Shown in pieces: positions 1 to 10,634 of a DNA stretch of 64,000 nucleotides (the stretch's first letter is position 1; every line of letters starts with the position of its first letter). The translations under genes were made by a program, and so were the position numbers. The stretch spans positions 782,588 to 846,587 of the forward strand of contig OZ241456.1 of NCBI GenBank assembly GCA_965200875.1. The letters run 5' to 3'. Source of the DNA: Bdellovibrionales bacterium. Its GTDB lineage: Bacteria > Bdellovibrionota > Bdellovibrionia > Bdellovibrionales > UBA1609. The notes under the pieces are model-generated. The model was not told where the DNA came from. It made no database searches and saw only the letters and a program-made list of their open reading frames with translations.

Positions 1-271
1 TGTTGGGTCGTGACTGTACAGACAAAGGCACCAGCTCCACAAACTCAAAGTGTTCAGAGGACAGATTTTTTTTAAACATTTCTATTTCATCGGAAGAATT
101 TATAGTAATGGAACACACCTGATATTTGGTCAGAGCAAAACATGACCAAAAAGAACAGAGCAAAAATAAAACACTTCGAAGAAAAAAGCACTTAGCAAAA
201 CGCATGTTTTCCCCTAGTAGTGAGGTATGAACAAGTAAGCAGGTTACATATAAAGACTGTTTCACGGAAAA

Positions 272-961
272 TTAAATATTGTTAAAAGGCGGTTCTTTCA
301 AAAGCATAAGTAAAAAACCCCTAGCCGTGCTGAACAGATAAAGTTTCTCGTCTTCTATGTTTTCTTCAGCACAAAGTTCATGAGTAGGATTATTGTTGCA
401 AGTTTCCTCCATTGTTATAATGAGCTTCATGTGCTCAAGAAAACGTAATGTAGCTGATGTGCCCCCTCCCTCTTGCTGATGCTTTAACTCCATAGTGCTA
501 ATGGCAGACGAAAGATAATCATTAAAACCGGTTTCCTTATAGAAATCCAAATAATAAAGAACCAGCATCCATCGGCCTAAATAATGTTTTTCAGCCGAAG
601 CCTGATAAGTTTTTGTAATTTTTTGTTTGGAAAATTCTTTCAAGTAAATCAGGCTGAGAGCACTAGCGGCTATACTTTTTGTTTTTTCCTCTTTTGATTC
701 TTTAAAAGACCTCTTTAACCATGTTTCGGCTAAACTATAATTTCCCAGCTGATAATTAAGACAACCCACAACTGTTATAGTGGATGTACTGGGTTGCTCT
801 GTTGCTGAAATTGTTTGATTCATTTCCTCCAATGCGTTCCCCAACTCAGAGGGATTTTTGTAACTCATAAAACACGCGTCAAAATCAATAGAAGACAAGC
901 TGGTTTGCGTGCTACAAGCTGTGAAAATGAACAAAAAAAACAAGAAAAAAATATTTTTCAA
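272..961 (-). CDS. putative lipoprotein of unknown function (helical, TPR-like)
   Basis: 229-aa ORF. The N-terminus MKNIFFLFFLFIFTAC is a signal peptide plus lipobox Cys. No family recognised. Confidence 0.5.
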   Translation of the reverse strand: MKNIFFLFFLFIFTACSTQTSLSSIDFDACFMSYKNPSELGNALEEMNQTISATEQPSTSTITVVGCLNYQLGNYSLAETWLKRSFKESKEEKTKSIAASALSLIYLKEFSKQKITKTYQASAEKHYLGRWMLVLYYLDFYKETGFNDYLSSAISTMELKHQQEGGGTSATLRFLEHMKLIITMEETCNNNPTHELCAEENIEDEKLYLFSTARGFLLMLLKEPPFNNI

Positions 962-1298
962 AGATGAAAAGCCCCCGTTGACAAAACTTCAAATTTGCTT
1001 ATATATTAGGAAACTTTATAAAATGAGTAAATATTTTATTTGCTTTATTTAATTTTTCATTACAGTTTATTGTTAGTCGCTTGGAAAAAGTATATTTGCC
1101 CGGTGCACAACTGGAGGGCCTTTAAGGGCTTTTAGTTCCTTAAAAACCTGTTCCTGAGCCAGAAGAGACGGGAATTTGTGGGTTTTTCACCGGCAGGGTG
1201 ACAAATTCGGGAAATGTATCAGGTATTTTTCCTAAGTTATACAGTGCTTTCACGAACAAATTTTATTTTTAGCGCGCAATACCAAAGGATAGGAAAAT

Positions 1299-2120
1299 AT
1301 GTTATACTGGACTGCAAAAAACCGGACTAAAGTGCCAAAATTAGGTTTTGGTACTTGGCTTATAAAAGGAACTCAGTGCGTAAAGGCCGTACGCATGGCC
1401 TTGGATATTGGTTATCGCCATATTGATACAGCTCAAATTTACGGAAACGAAGGGGAAGTGGGGTCAGCTATAGCCAAATCTGGCGTAGGTAGAGAAGACA
1501 TATTTTTAGTAACCAAAGTCTGGCGGGATTCTTTAAGTGCCAAGGAAGTGGTACATAGTACAGAAGAAAGTCTAAAAAAATTAAAAACGGATTATGTGGA
1601 TCTTTTACTCATTCATTGGCCAAATATCAGGGTACCGGTGGAAGAAACTTTATCTGCCCTACAACAGATGATTGCACAACAAAAGACAAAACATATAGGA
1701 GTGAGCAATTTTCCTGTGGAACTTTTGGAAATATCAAAAAAAACCTCGCCAGAGTTAATTTGCAACCAAGTTGAATATCATCCTTTTTTGGATCAAAGGC
1801 CACTTTTAAAAGCTATGGGAAAGCATAATATGTTTTTAACTGCCTATTCCCCTTTAGCTAGAAACAAAGTATTTAAAAATAAAACGCTCCAAGAAATAGG
1901 TGAAAAATACTCCAAGACAGCAGGACAAATTGTCCTGCGTTGGCTGATAGAGCAAAAAAATATTGTGGCCATTCCAAAAGCTGCTAGGAAAAAACATGCA
2001 GAATCCAACTTTGATATATTTGATTTTCAGCTCAATGAACCAGATCGTCTGATTTTAGGGAGTATGCACTCACAAAATCAACGGCTGGTAAATCCTGAAT
2101 GGGCACCAGATTGGGATTAA
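1299..2120 (+). CDS. aldo/keto reductase (2,5-diketo-D-gluconate reductase-like)
   Basis: 273 aa. AKR motifs LGFGTW, GYRHIDTAQIYGNE, LLLIHWP and NQVEYHP are present, and the length is typical. Confidence 0.9.
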   Translation: MLYWTAKNRTKVPKLGFGTWLIKGTQCVKAVRMALDIGYRHIDTAQIYGNEGEVGSAIAKSGVGREDIFLVTKVWRDSLSAKEVVHSTEESLKKLKTDYVDLLLIHWPNIRVPVEETLSALQQMIAQQKTKHIGVSNFPVELLEISKKTSPELICNQVEYHPFLDQRPLLKAMGKHNMFLTAYSPLARNKVFKNKTLQEIGEKYSKTAGQIVLRWLIEQKNIVAIPKAARKKHAESNFDIFDFQLNEPDRLILGSMHSQNQRLVNPEWAPDWD

Positions 2121-2168
2121 GTTGCATGGTTTTTGTGCCTTCACGGGGTTTCACAGGTCCTGATGTTT

Positions 2169-3008
2169 TTAATGTTGTATCAAAAAATGGGCAATTTGTG
2201 ATAAAATCAACCCTAAAGTCATACCAATAAAAAACCACTTTTTTATTTTAAATTTTATTATCATGGGAATAAAATGTACAATGCACACATACAAAAAAAG
2301 CCCGGAAGCAAAGGGTAAGATGAAATTCTGTAAAGTGTTCACATAAGACACCAAAAAAGACATATAGTATCCGCCCAAAAAAGCCAAACAAAAAAAGGTA
2401 ATGATGCCAAAAAGAAAACGGCGGGAAAAACCAGACGATAATCCAATTCCCAAAACAGCCACACTTTCAGGCAGGAGGTGAAATAGCAAGCCTATGCTCA
2501 TCATAATAGCCGTTTCCATGTTAATCAGTAGAGAAGAGGCCAGTCGAATACCATCAAAAAAAGCGCATAATATAAAACAACCTACGGCTGAACAGCCTAC
2601 AGAAACAGGAAGTAAATGATAATGAGTGTGTTCAGAGTCATGTTGATGACAATCATGTTTTTTCAAGGGCAACAGCCGATTTAAAAATTTTGTATAAGGT
2701 AAAAGTCCAATTTCCGCAAAAGCATTGACTAAAAAACCACATAATACAAATATTATATTCTTATAGATGTTTTTTTCCGCACTAAAGGAATGAGGGAGAA
2801 ATTCAAATAATACCATGACACACAAAACACCAGCACCGAATGTAGCAACAGACTGTATCTGAATTTTTATTTTTTTATAAATAAAAAAATAAGTGAGGCA
2901 CAAAATGGCAACACAGTACAAAAGAGAGAGCAGAAAAAAAACAATAAAATTGTCAGACACACAAAAACCTTTATGGGCGAATTTATGGATGAAATATAAA
3001 ATATACAT
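2169..3008 (-). CDS. ZIP-family divalent metal transporter (ZupT-like)
   Basis: 279-aa polytopic membrane ORF. It has a His-rich loop (HDCHQHDSEHTHYH) and a ZIP-like HLLPESVAV motif. Confidence 0.65.
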   Translation of the reverse strand: MYILYFIHKFAHKGFCVSDNFIVFFLLSLLYCVAILCLTYFFIYKKIKIQIQSVATFGAGVLCVMVLFEFLPHSFSAEKNIYKNIIFVLCGFLVNAFAEIGLLPYTKFLNRLLPLKKHDCHQHDSEHTHYHLLPVSVGCSAVGCFILCAFFDGIRLASSLLINMETAIMMSIGLLFHLLPESVAVLGIGLSSGFSRRFLFGIITFFCLAFLGGYYMSFLVSYVNTLQNFILPFASGLFLYVCIVHFIPMIIKFKIKKWFFIGMTLGLILSQIAHFLIQH

Positions 3009-4005
3009 TCTGATATTCAGAAAAAAATGTCAATTTTTTTCATACTATACCGGGTTGAAGTTTATAGTGTGTGTCTTTTCCTCTGCAAAGATCAATGGAT
3101 TGAGTCTTCAACCAACTCTCAACTTGTGGAAACAAACAGTCTGTGGGTTTAGTTTCATTTTTCTTCAATTCTGGTGCGTATCTCTGAATGCCACTTTCCT
3201 AGAAAATAGGAAAGACTTTATTTGTGGTTATAAACCTGTTATTGAATATCTAAACAGCCTTATTTCTTTGGAATACTCCGAAGTTATGACATATATGGAA
3301 AATATTCAAAATAATATCCCAGTCGAATATGAAGATAAAATATCTCTGATATCCACTTTAATGAGATATCGTCTATTGCCGATCAACCCGGAAAACAAAC
3401 AATCCTGCCGGTTTTTTCATTATTTATGTCTTCCAAACAGCCAGCCAGATGCAATTTACAACTTATCTGTCAATTATCTGCAAGAACATCGTAAAGGACC
3501 AGAGTTTTGTCATATACATTATCATGGCGAAGAAACACGTTTTCCTCTTCTCAGTGAAGAGTGCCTGATGGCTATTGCAAAACGAATCCAGGCAATTCCT
3601 GTGCCCCTAGCGGTCACTCAAGGGGGTGTGGAATCTGCATGGGGAACTTCTCGTTTTTCAACGGCAGGAAACAATTTTTATGGTATTCAAACCACTTTTT
3701 CTTCAGCTACAAAAGCTCAAAATAATCCAAGATGTATCCCAGCCAAAAGAAATCCCAGAAGATGTATCTATAAGTTTAATACCATTGAAATGAATTACTT
3801 TATTTATGCTCAAACATTAAACTCGTCCAGAGCTTACATTGCTTTAAGGAACTATAGGCACCAGTCCTTATTAAATGAAGATACACCTTGTGAAACGGCT
3901 TTAAAAATGTCTGAAGGGTTGTCTAATTATGCTGAAGATCCGAACTACTTGCCAAAAGTGCAATCCACAATAAAAAAAGTTTGCCAAATTATTGATAATT
4001 GTTAA
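2989..4005 (+). CDS. glucosaminidase-domain protein (Bax/FlgJ-like peptidoglycan hydrolase)
   Basis: The motif GGVESAWGTSRFSTAGNNFYGIQ matches the mannosyl-glycoprotein endo-beta-N-acetylglucosaminidase signature. The tracked ORF starts at 2893 but overlaps the divergent ZIP gene. The start is placed at Met 2989 and remains uncertain. Confidence 0.55.
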   Translation: MKYKIYILIFRKKCQFFSYYTGLKFIVCVFSSAKINGLSLQPTLNLWKQTVCGFSFIFLQFWCVSLNATFLENRKDFICGYKPVIEYLNSLISLEYSEVMTYMENIQNNIPVEYEDKISLISTLMRYRLLPINPENKQSCRFFHYLCLPNSQPDAIYNLSVNYLQEHRKGPEFCHIHYHGEETRFPLLSEECLMAIAKRIQAIPVPLAVTQGGVESAWGTSRFSTAGNNFYGIQTTFSSATKAQNNPRCIPAKRNPRRCIYKFNTIEMNYFIYAQTLNSSRAYIALRNYRHQSLLNEDTPCETALKMSEGLSNYAEDPNYLPKVQSTIKKVCQIIDNC

Positions 4006-5282
4006 TAATTGGAAATGTGAAATATCTGTTTTATTTCCTTTCTTTTTTTATTAATACTAAAGTTAGCTTGAGAGTCAATACAGGCAAACGACACAGAATT
4101 TATGTCGTGAAATTGCTTTTATCTCTCTGTTTTTTTAATTCCTGCCAAAGTGCCAACCATACAAATGAAGTTGCTTTAAATGAACTGCCTTCCAATTTTA
4201 AAAGAGCATTAAGTAGCAGTCATTCCTCCTCGCCCTCTTCCTCTTTGAGGCAACCTGTCTGCAACTTACACACAGGGTCTGCGATCGTGCTTATGTACCA
4301 CAAATTTGATGAACCTTATAAAAGCACCAGTGTTACTATTGAACAATTTATGCAACATCTGGAGTTTTTCAAAAATAATGACTATACAGTGGTTCCATTG
4401 AGTAAGGTGATATCTGCGGTTAAAGGTCAAGTCCCTTTTGGGAACAAATGGGTGGCTATTACTATTGACGACGCTTATAAATCATTTTTAAAAGCCAAAC
4501 CTATTCTGGAAACTTATCAGTATCCTTACACTGTTTTTGTGAATACAGAACCCGTGGATAAAAACTACACAAGTTCCATGACTTGGGACGATTTAAAAAC
4601 AATAGTGCAGTCTGGGTTGGGAGAGCTGGCGGCACATTCTCACACGCATGGTCATTTAGTGCAGGATATGAATACGGAACAAAGACAAAAGGATATTTTA
4701 TTTTCCGTAGAGCGAATTTATGAGAGCACCTCGATAATGCCACGTTTTTTCTCTTATCCTTTTGGCGAAGTGAGCAATAAGCTTATCACGGAAATACAAA
4801 ACATGAATCAGGTTTCCGGTCGTGCTTTTCATTTTTCTGCTGCGTTTTCCACTCAGTCAGGACCGATTGGTTGTTCTTCAAATTTATTTGCTCTCCCTCG
4901 TTTTGCCATCAATGAAAAATATGCTGTGATAGACAATTTATTTAAAATTAAACTAACCAGCCGTCATTTACCAATTTACGATTACCATCCAAAAAACAAA
5001 TCAGTATGTATAGAAGAACAAATCCGCAAAATTTATTTTTCCACTGATCCAAATATAGATTTAAGTAGTATCCGTTGTTATGCCAGTAGGGGGAACACAG
5101 CCGAAGTGGATGTTTCAAATGGCCTTGTTACTGTCTCACTAGCCAAACCTTTGGGATTTGGTCTGAGCAATCCCAATGACATTAGAGAAAGACTTAATTG
5201 CACAGCCCACTACAAAGGGCGGTATTTTTGGTATGGTAGAGAATTTACTATTCTGAAAAACTCCTCGGATTGCACTGAATAG
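3999..5282 (+). CDS. polysaccharide deacetylase (NodB-homology domain), probable lipoprotein
   Basis: Motifs AITIDDAYKS, HSHTHGHL and YPFGE are present. There is a lipobox-like LSLCFFNSC. The true start is probably downstream of 3999. Confidence 0.75.
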   Translation: MLIIGNVKYLFYFLSFFINTKVSLRVNTGKRHRIYVVKLLLSLCFFNSCQSANHTNEVALNELPSNFKRALSSSHSSSPSSSLRQPVCNLHTGSAIVLMYHKFDEPYKSTSVTIEQFMQHLEFFKNNDYTVVPLSKVISAVKGQVPFGNKWVAITIDDAYKSFLKAKPILETYQYPYTVFVNTEPVDKNYTSSMTWDDLKTIVQSGLGELAAHSHTHGHLVQDMNTEQRQKDILFSVERIYESTSIMPRFFSYPFGEVSNKLITEIQNMNQVSGRAFHFSAAFSTQSGPIGCSSNLFALPRFAINEKYAVIDNLFKIKLTSRHLPIYDYHPKNKSVCIEEQIRKIYFSTDPNIDLSSIRCYASRGNTAEVDVSNGLVTVSLAKPLGFGLSNPNDIRERLNCTAHYKGRYFWYGREFTILKNSSDCTE

Positions 5283-5314
5283 TACTCCGTGAAAAGTAGA
5301 TGTTTCTCATTCTT

Positions 5315-6763
5315 TTAATTCAGAAACACTCTTCCACATTTGTTTGGCATATATAAGTTTTCAAAATCGGTGCTGGCCAAAAAACGTGCTTCTTGCAGTT
5401 TTTCATTATTTTGTAGTTGTTTCTCTAAAGTGGAAATATGATTTTTTATTATATGTAATTGTTTTTCTGTTAATAAATCGTTATTTTCGAAATTTATAAG
5501 TTCAAATACTAAATTTGGTTGTGTTGGCAAAGTGTGGTATTTGGTCAGTGAAAATTGTGTGTTATTTTCTGTTATATTGTTGGAAAAGTTGACCACTCGC
5601 CAGCCGGGTTTGATCCAGACTTGATACCTTCCTGTGTTTGGATCTACTACTTTAAACAGCGGAGATTGTTGTTGGGATAGAAGGTAAATTTCTTTAGCTC
5701 TATTGGCATAGATATAGGACTGCATCAAGTTTTTTGCAATTCCTAGCCCTTCTTTTAACATATAACTTAGCAGAAGAGAAGCTTTAATAGAGGCTACATC
5801 TTTATATTTCCCCCACTTTGTGGATATTTCCTTCAGTAATTCAGATGACTCTGTGTAATTGCCTTCAGATATATATATTTTTATTAAAAACACTCTTGAT
5901 TCGTCGTTTCCTTTTTTGATAGCTTTGATAAAATTTTTTTTAGCCAGACTGGTTCTGTTATTTCTTTGATGTATTATTCCCCTGTAAGTCATAGAAGCGG
6001 CAATAGCAAATTTCTGTTTGTGTATTGAATCATCAAAAAATTTTAAGGCATTGCTATACTGTTTTTTTAAAAATAATACAGTACCCATTAGAAAATTAAA
6101 GGGTGGTAGGGCATTATTTATACCTTTTTTCTGTATTTCCTGTAAGCTTTGATAGATTATCTCCATGTTTTGTTTTTTTGTATCGGGTGATAAAGACTCT
6201 GTTTTTATTGTGAGGGCAGGTATAACCAGATAAGCCAAAGCATATCCTGTATCTTTTGCCTTATGTAAATAATGAAGACCTTTTTCTTTGTCATTGGTTT
6301 TTATATAGGAAAAACCAAGTGAAAAATACGCAGGTGGGGTTTTGGTTTTTTGTATCAGGTTTTCTATTCTTGTGATTTGAGCGGGACTTAACTGTAATAC
6401 AGTTTTATCAGTTAATTGGATTATATTTGTAAGTGTACTGTTAACGATGTAGTATATATAAAATAATATCCTTTGTGCGCTCTGATTATGGTGTTCCGCT
6501 GAAAACAATAATTCCTCAAGAGATTTGTATTCCATGTAGTTCTGAAGGGCTGTAAAATTTTTCTTTTCGTATTCCACATGTAAAATATCAGACACAACTG
6601 CCATGAAAACTGTTTCCAAGTCCAGTGCTCTGGCTATGGGAAGACTTACAATGTTTATGGTAGTGACAGTAATGACGGTGATGATTAACCTGAGAACTGC
6701 ATGTCTTAAAAATTTTGTTGGAATAGAAACTTTATTATTTGTCTCAACAGGTTCATAGTTCAT
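5315..6763 (-). CDS. membrane-anchored helical-repeat (Sel1/TPR-like) protein
   Basis: 482-aa ORF with an N-terminal hydrophobic segment. The repeat resemblance is weak and the function is unknown. Confidence 0.45.
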   Translation of the reverse strand: MNYEPVETNNKVSIPTKFLRHAVLRLIITVITVTTINIVSLPIARALDLETVFMAVVSDILHVEYEKKNFTALQNYMEYKSLEELLFSAEHHNQSAQRILFYIYYIVNSTLTNIIQLTDKTVLQLSPAQITRIENLIQKTKTPPAYFSLGFSYIKTNDKEKGLHYLHKAKDTGYALAYLVIPALTIKTESLSPDTKKQNMEIIYQSLQEIQKKGINNALPPFNFLMGTVLFLKKQYSNALKFFDDSIHKQKFAIAASMTYRGIIHQRNNRTSLAKKNFIKAIKKGNDESRVFLIKIYISEGNYTESSELLKEISTKWGKYKDVASIKASLLLSYMLKEGLGIAKNLMQSYIYANRAKEIYLLSQQQSPLFKVVDPNTGRYQVWIKPGWRVVNFSNNITENNTQFSLTKYHTLPTQPNLVFELINFENNDLLTEKQLHIIKNHISTLEKQLQNNEKLQEARFLASTDFENLYMPNKCGRVFLN

Positions 6764-6864
6764 ATTTTTATTTCTCCTTTTGACTTGAGCTTCATATTGT
6801 TCCTGATTTCAATTAAGTGTTGGATATGAAAAATTTTCACACTTGAACAGAAATCCCGTTGAGG

Positions 6865-6941
<77 letters not shown>

Positions 6942-7137
6942 TTAAAAATTTGGAAAAACATCAGGTTGGCAATGGAATATTTATATGTTCATGGGGAATT
7001 AGGTAGTTATTTCTGATGATTTTCAGGAACAAAATACACAAGTTTTTTCGTTCCATCATTGAATTTAAACTCACACTTCTTTAAAAGCAAACAAAAAATT
7101 GTTTCTTTGCTTTTTAGGGTCAATTCATCTATGGTGA

Positions 7138-7593
7138 TCAAATTTTCTCTGTACTATCTAAAATCAGATTTGCCAGCTCATCTGCTTTTTTATTCTGTTC
7201 CCGACGCACATGCTGAAACTGTACCTTTTGAATCCTGCTTGCCCATTTTTTACATTCTTGGTAAAGATTTTTAATATTAGGAGATTTTACTTTATAAAGA
7301 CCAGAGAGTTGTTTTACCAGAAGCTCACTGTCAGTTTTTAAAAGCAAATTGCTGATTTTATTTTCTGCACTTAACTGTAAGGCTCTTAATACTGCTGAAT
7401 ACTCTGCGAAATTACTGGTCTTTATACCCAGTAAGAAAGCCTCTTCATAAATACATTCTTTGTTTCTGTTATAAACCGCAAGTCCAGCGGATGCGACTCC
7501 CGGATTGCCTCGAGAAGCACCATCAGTATGGATTAAAACCTCATTTGGCCAGTCGGCAATTTTTCCTTTATGGATTTTTTGATAAATGTCCAT
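7138..7593 (-). CDS. rnhA: ribonuclease HI
   Basis: 151 aa. DEDD residues sit in HTDGASRGNPG, AEY, KTDSELL and KADELAN contexts. Confidence 0.85.
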   Translation of the reverse strand: MDIYQKIHKGKIADWPNEVLIHTDGASRGNPGVASAGLAVYNRNKECIYEEAFLLGIKTSNFAEYSAVLRALQLSAENKISNLLLKTDSELLVKQLSGLYKVKSPNIKNLYQECKKWASRIQKVQFQHVRREQNKKADELANLILDSTEKI

Positions 7594-8486
7594 TATTCTG
7601 ACTTTAGCCCTGAAGGGGAATCATCGGTTTTTTCTGGTTTTTCCGTTTCACTGGATTTGTCGATTTTTCCCGATTTTTCCGTTTCATCAGATTTGCCACT
7701 GTGTTGATCCGTTTTTATTTCTTTATTCTTCTTTTTTTCGTCTGATTGTTCCAATTCACTTTGTTCTTTATCTTTGAGTTGATTTATTTTTTCCTGCAAC
7801 CTGATTTCATCTTTTTCTGGTTCACCTTGTGCAGGATGCTCTTTAGTTTTTTCTAGTTTGAGCTTATCTTGTGCTGAAGAATCATTAAATATCTTTTCTT
7901 CTTGAATGTCCTGTTCTTTTTTCTCCAGCTCTTTTTCGTTCAAATCTTCTCCCAGTGTTTCCTGAGTGCTGGTGTCCTCATTTTGGTTCCCCTCTTCCAG
8001 CTTCATACTGTCTTCTGTACTTTCCTCTGTATCTTCTTCAAATTTTTCGGAAACGGAAAAAAGCGTGACAGGTTCCTGGAATTTCAATTTAGTATTGTTG
8101 ATTTCAATATTGTCCACACTCCATAGATCATATTTATCATCAGCTCCCACCTCTTTTCTGTTCATTAGGGCCTTGCCTTCCACAGAAAGATTTAATTGGT
8201 CATTATCATCAAAAGAATATTTGAAATGCGCGCTGATTTGACCTCTTTTATAAGTGGATTGTGTCCATATTGTCTTGAAACGGAAATTTCGCACAAGGGG
8301 TTTTTGCTCTAAAAGTTTTTCCTGTATAATGGCTTTTAGTTGCTCCTGGAGACTTATATGAAGTTCTTCAGGGTATTCAGGTTTTTGATAAAACATAAGC
8401 CAAGTGCTAGTCAAAAAAAAGAGAAAAAGCACACCGGATAAAATTCGAAAACGATAAGCTTTGAGTTTTGATATCTTTTTTTGCAT
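7593..8486 (-). CDS. membrane-anchored acidic E/K/D-rich low-complexity protein
   Basis: 297-aa ORF with an N-terminal TM segment and a C-terminal half that is highly charged low complexity. Its stop abuts the rnhA start. Confidence 0.55.
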   Translation of the reverse strand: MQKKISKLKAYRFRILSGVLFLFFLTSTWLMFYQKPEYPEELHISLQEQLKAIIQEKLLEQKPLVRNFRFKTIWTQSTYKRGQISAHFKYSFDDNDQLNLSVEGKALMNRKEVGADDKYDLWSVDNIEINNTKLKFQEPVTLFSVSEKFEEDTEESTEDSMKLEEGNQNEDTSTQETLGEDLNEKELEKKEQDIQEEKIFNDSSAQDKLKLEKTKEHPAQGEPEKDEIRLQEKINQLKDKEQSELEQSDEKKKNKEIKTDQHSGKSDETEKSGKIDKSSETEKPEKTDDSPSGLKSE

Positions 8487-8862
8487 ATATAACTCCTCCA
8501 GCTCTTATTTTCAGCCTTTCAAAACAGGACAAATTCACTCAACAAAACCAGTTCAGAAAGAACCACATCTGACTAAAAGCTTTCACCCCTTTAAAACCCC
8601 GGTACCGGAAACTCAAAATTGGATGAACATCAAATGAGTATGGCTTGTTTTAAAATCCAAAGCAAGCGGTTTTTATATACGGATCAGGAGATTTTTATAT
8701 ACAAATAAGGGTAAAGATTATTATTCAAAGTTTTGCCGGTTTTTTAAAGAAAATAGCCTGATATACTCTTGTCATATTTTTTATTTCATGTTTTATTATC
8801 TGTAGTTTTCAAATGGCGGTCTGTGGGCTTAATTTAAGTTTCCCAACTTAAAAGGAAAATCT

Positions 8863-10467
8863 TTGATCTTAAAAACAAAAATAAATACTTTGTCAGAAGA
8901 TTATCAACATAATTTCCAGTTCATGAAAAAAAAAGTGGAAAGATTAAAGCTGGCTATAGAATTGGCAAAAACCAGTGGCGGGCAAAGCCAAAAGCCTCAA
9001 AAGCACAGAAATAAATATCTGGTAAGAGAAAGAATTGAAAAGCTTAAAGACCCAGAGTCCTGCTTTTTGGAGTTCTCCATACTGGCCGGTAGAGGGCTTT
9101 ATAAGGAGAATCTTCCTTCTTCAGGTATTGTCACTGGTATAGCTATTGTGCATGGCAGACCTTGCGTGATTGTAGCCAACGATTATACTGTGAAAGGTGG
9201 TGCTTATTTTCCCATCACTATTAAAAAACATCTTCGTGCTCAGGAAATAGCTTTGGAAAATCATCTTCCTTGTATTTATTTGGTGGATAGCGGAGGAGCT
9301 TATTTACATTACCAGGATCAGGTTTTTCCTGATCGGGATCATTTTGGTCGAATTTTTTACAATCAGGCTCGTATGTCCAGTTTGGGGATTCCGCAGATTT
9401 CTGTAGTGTCAGGTTATTGCACAGCGGGAGGAGCTTATGTTCCAGCAATGTCTGATGAAAATATTATGGTTAAAGGAAGTGGAACTATTTTTCTGGGAGG
9501 CCCCCCTTTAGTAGAGGCCGCTACGGGGGAAAAAGTAAGCGCGGAGGAGTTAGGTGGAGCAATATTACACAGTGCACAATCTGGAGTAAGTGACCATATT
9601 GTGGAAACCGAAGATCAGGCTTTGGAAAAAGCGCGGGACATTATTTTTCATTTAGGTTTTGCTCAAAAACAAAAACTACTTCGCCGGACAAATAAAGATC
9701 CTCTTTATCCGGCAGAGGAAATATACGGTGTAGTGCCATCGGACTTAAAAAAAGTTTTTGACATGAGAGAAATTATAGCTCGCCTTGTGGATGGTTCTGA
9801 ATTTCACGAATTTAAAAAAAATTATGGCTCCACTTTGGTGACAGGTTGGGCGCATTTATGCGGTTTTCCGGTGGGAATATTGGCAAATAATGGTGTGTTG
9901 TTCAGTGAGTCTGCTTTAAAGTCTGCGCATTTTATTGATTTATGTGACCAAAGAGGTATTCCACTTATCTTTTTACAAAATATTGTGGGTTTTATGGTTG
10001 GAAAACAATATGAAAGCACTGGGATTACGAAGCATGGGGCGAAAATGGTGACTGCGGTTAGTTTGGCGCGTGTGCCTAAGTTCACAGTTATCGTGGGTTC
10101 ATCTTATGGAGCTGGTAATTATGGAATGTGTGGACGAGCTTATCAGCCCCGTCAACTTTGGATGTGGCCATCAGCCCGCATTGCTGTGATGGGAGGTCCA
10201 CAAGCGGAAAAAGTCTTGCAATCCATTAAAACTTTGAACGCAACAGGCAAGAATACAGCGAATAATGTTAATAGTCCGCCGGTAGCCACTATTGTCTCTT
10301 TGGAAAAACAGTATGAAAGGCAAAGCTCAGCTGAATACTCAACCAACCGCTTGTGGGATGATGGTATTATTGATCCTTTGGACACCAGAAAAGTTTTGGC
10401 ATTGGGGTTGGATGCGTCTCTCTATTCTCCATTGAAGGAAAAGTCCAAAGGTATTTATCGAATGTAG
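8863..10467 (+). CDS. methylcrotonyl-CoA carboxylase carboxyltransferase (beta) subunit
   Basis: 534 aa with full-length resemblance to acyl-CoA carboxyltransferases (GGAYFPITIKKHLRAQEIA, VSGYCTAGGAYVPAM, IVGFMVG). The start is TTG. Confidence 0.9.
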   Translation: MILKTKINTLSEDYQHNFQFMKKKVERLKLAIELAKTSGGQSQKPQKHRNKYLVRERIEKLKDPESCFLEFSILAGRGLYKENLPSSGIVTGIAIVHGRPCVIVANDYTVKGGAYFPITIKKHLRAQEIALENHLPCIYLVDSGGAYLHYQDQVFPDRDHFGRIFYNQARMSSLGIPQISVVSGYCTAGGAYVPAMSDENIMVKGSGTIFLGGPPLVEAATGEKVSAEELGGAILHSAQSGVSDHIVETEDQALEKARDIIFHLGFAQKQKLLRRTNKDPLYPAEEIYGVVPSDLKKVFDMREIIARLVDGSEFHEFKKNYGSTLVTGWAHLCGFPVGILANNGVLFSESALKSAHFIDLCDQRGIPLIFLQNIVGFMVGKQYESTGITKHGAKMVTAVSLARVPKFTVIVGSSYGAGNYGMCGRAYQPRQLWMWPSARIAVMGGPQAEKVLQSIKTLNATGKNTANNVNSPPVATIVSLEKQYERQSSAEYSTNRLWDDGIIDPLDTRKVLALGLDASLYSPLKEKSKGIYRM

Positions 10468-10634
10468 TTCCGCTGGAAAAAATTGAAAATTATAAAATTA
10501 AACAAATAGCTTTATTTGGAGATTATCCTGTTTTTGCCTTTCAGGAAAGAAAAGAGGAAGTGAAAAAAACACAAAACCACAAAACCACATAAAAATATTG
10601 ATTTTTTTAAAAAACCTGATATAAATAAAGTATT

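Noticed and set aside
2032-2238. 68-aa minus-strand ORF overlapping the 3-prime end of the aldo/keto reductase gene
   Set aside because: It is short, overlaps a well-supported gene, and has no motif or RBS.
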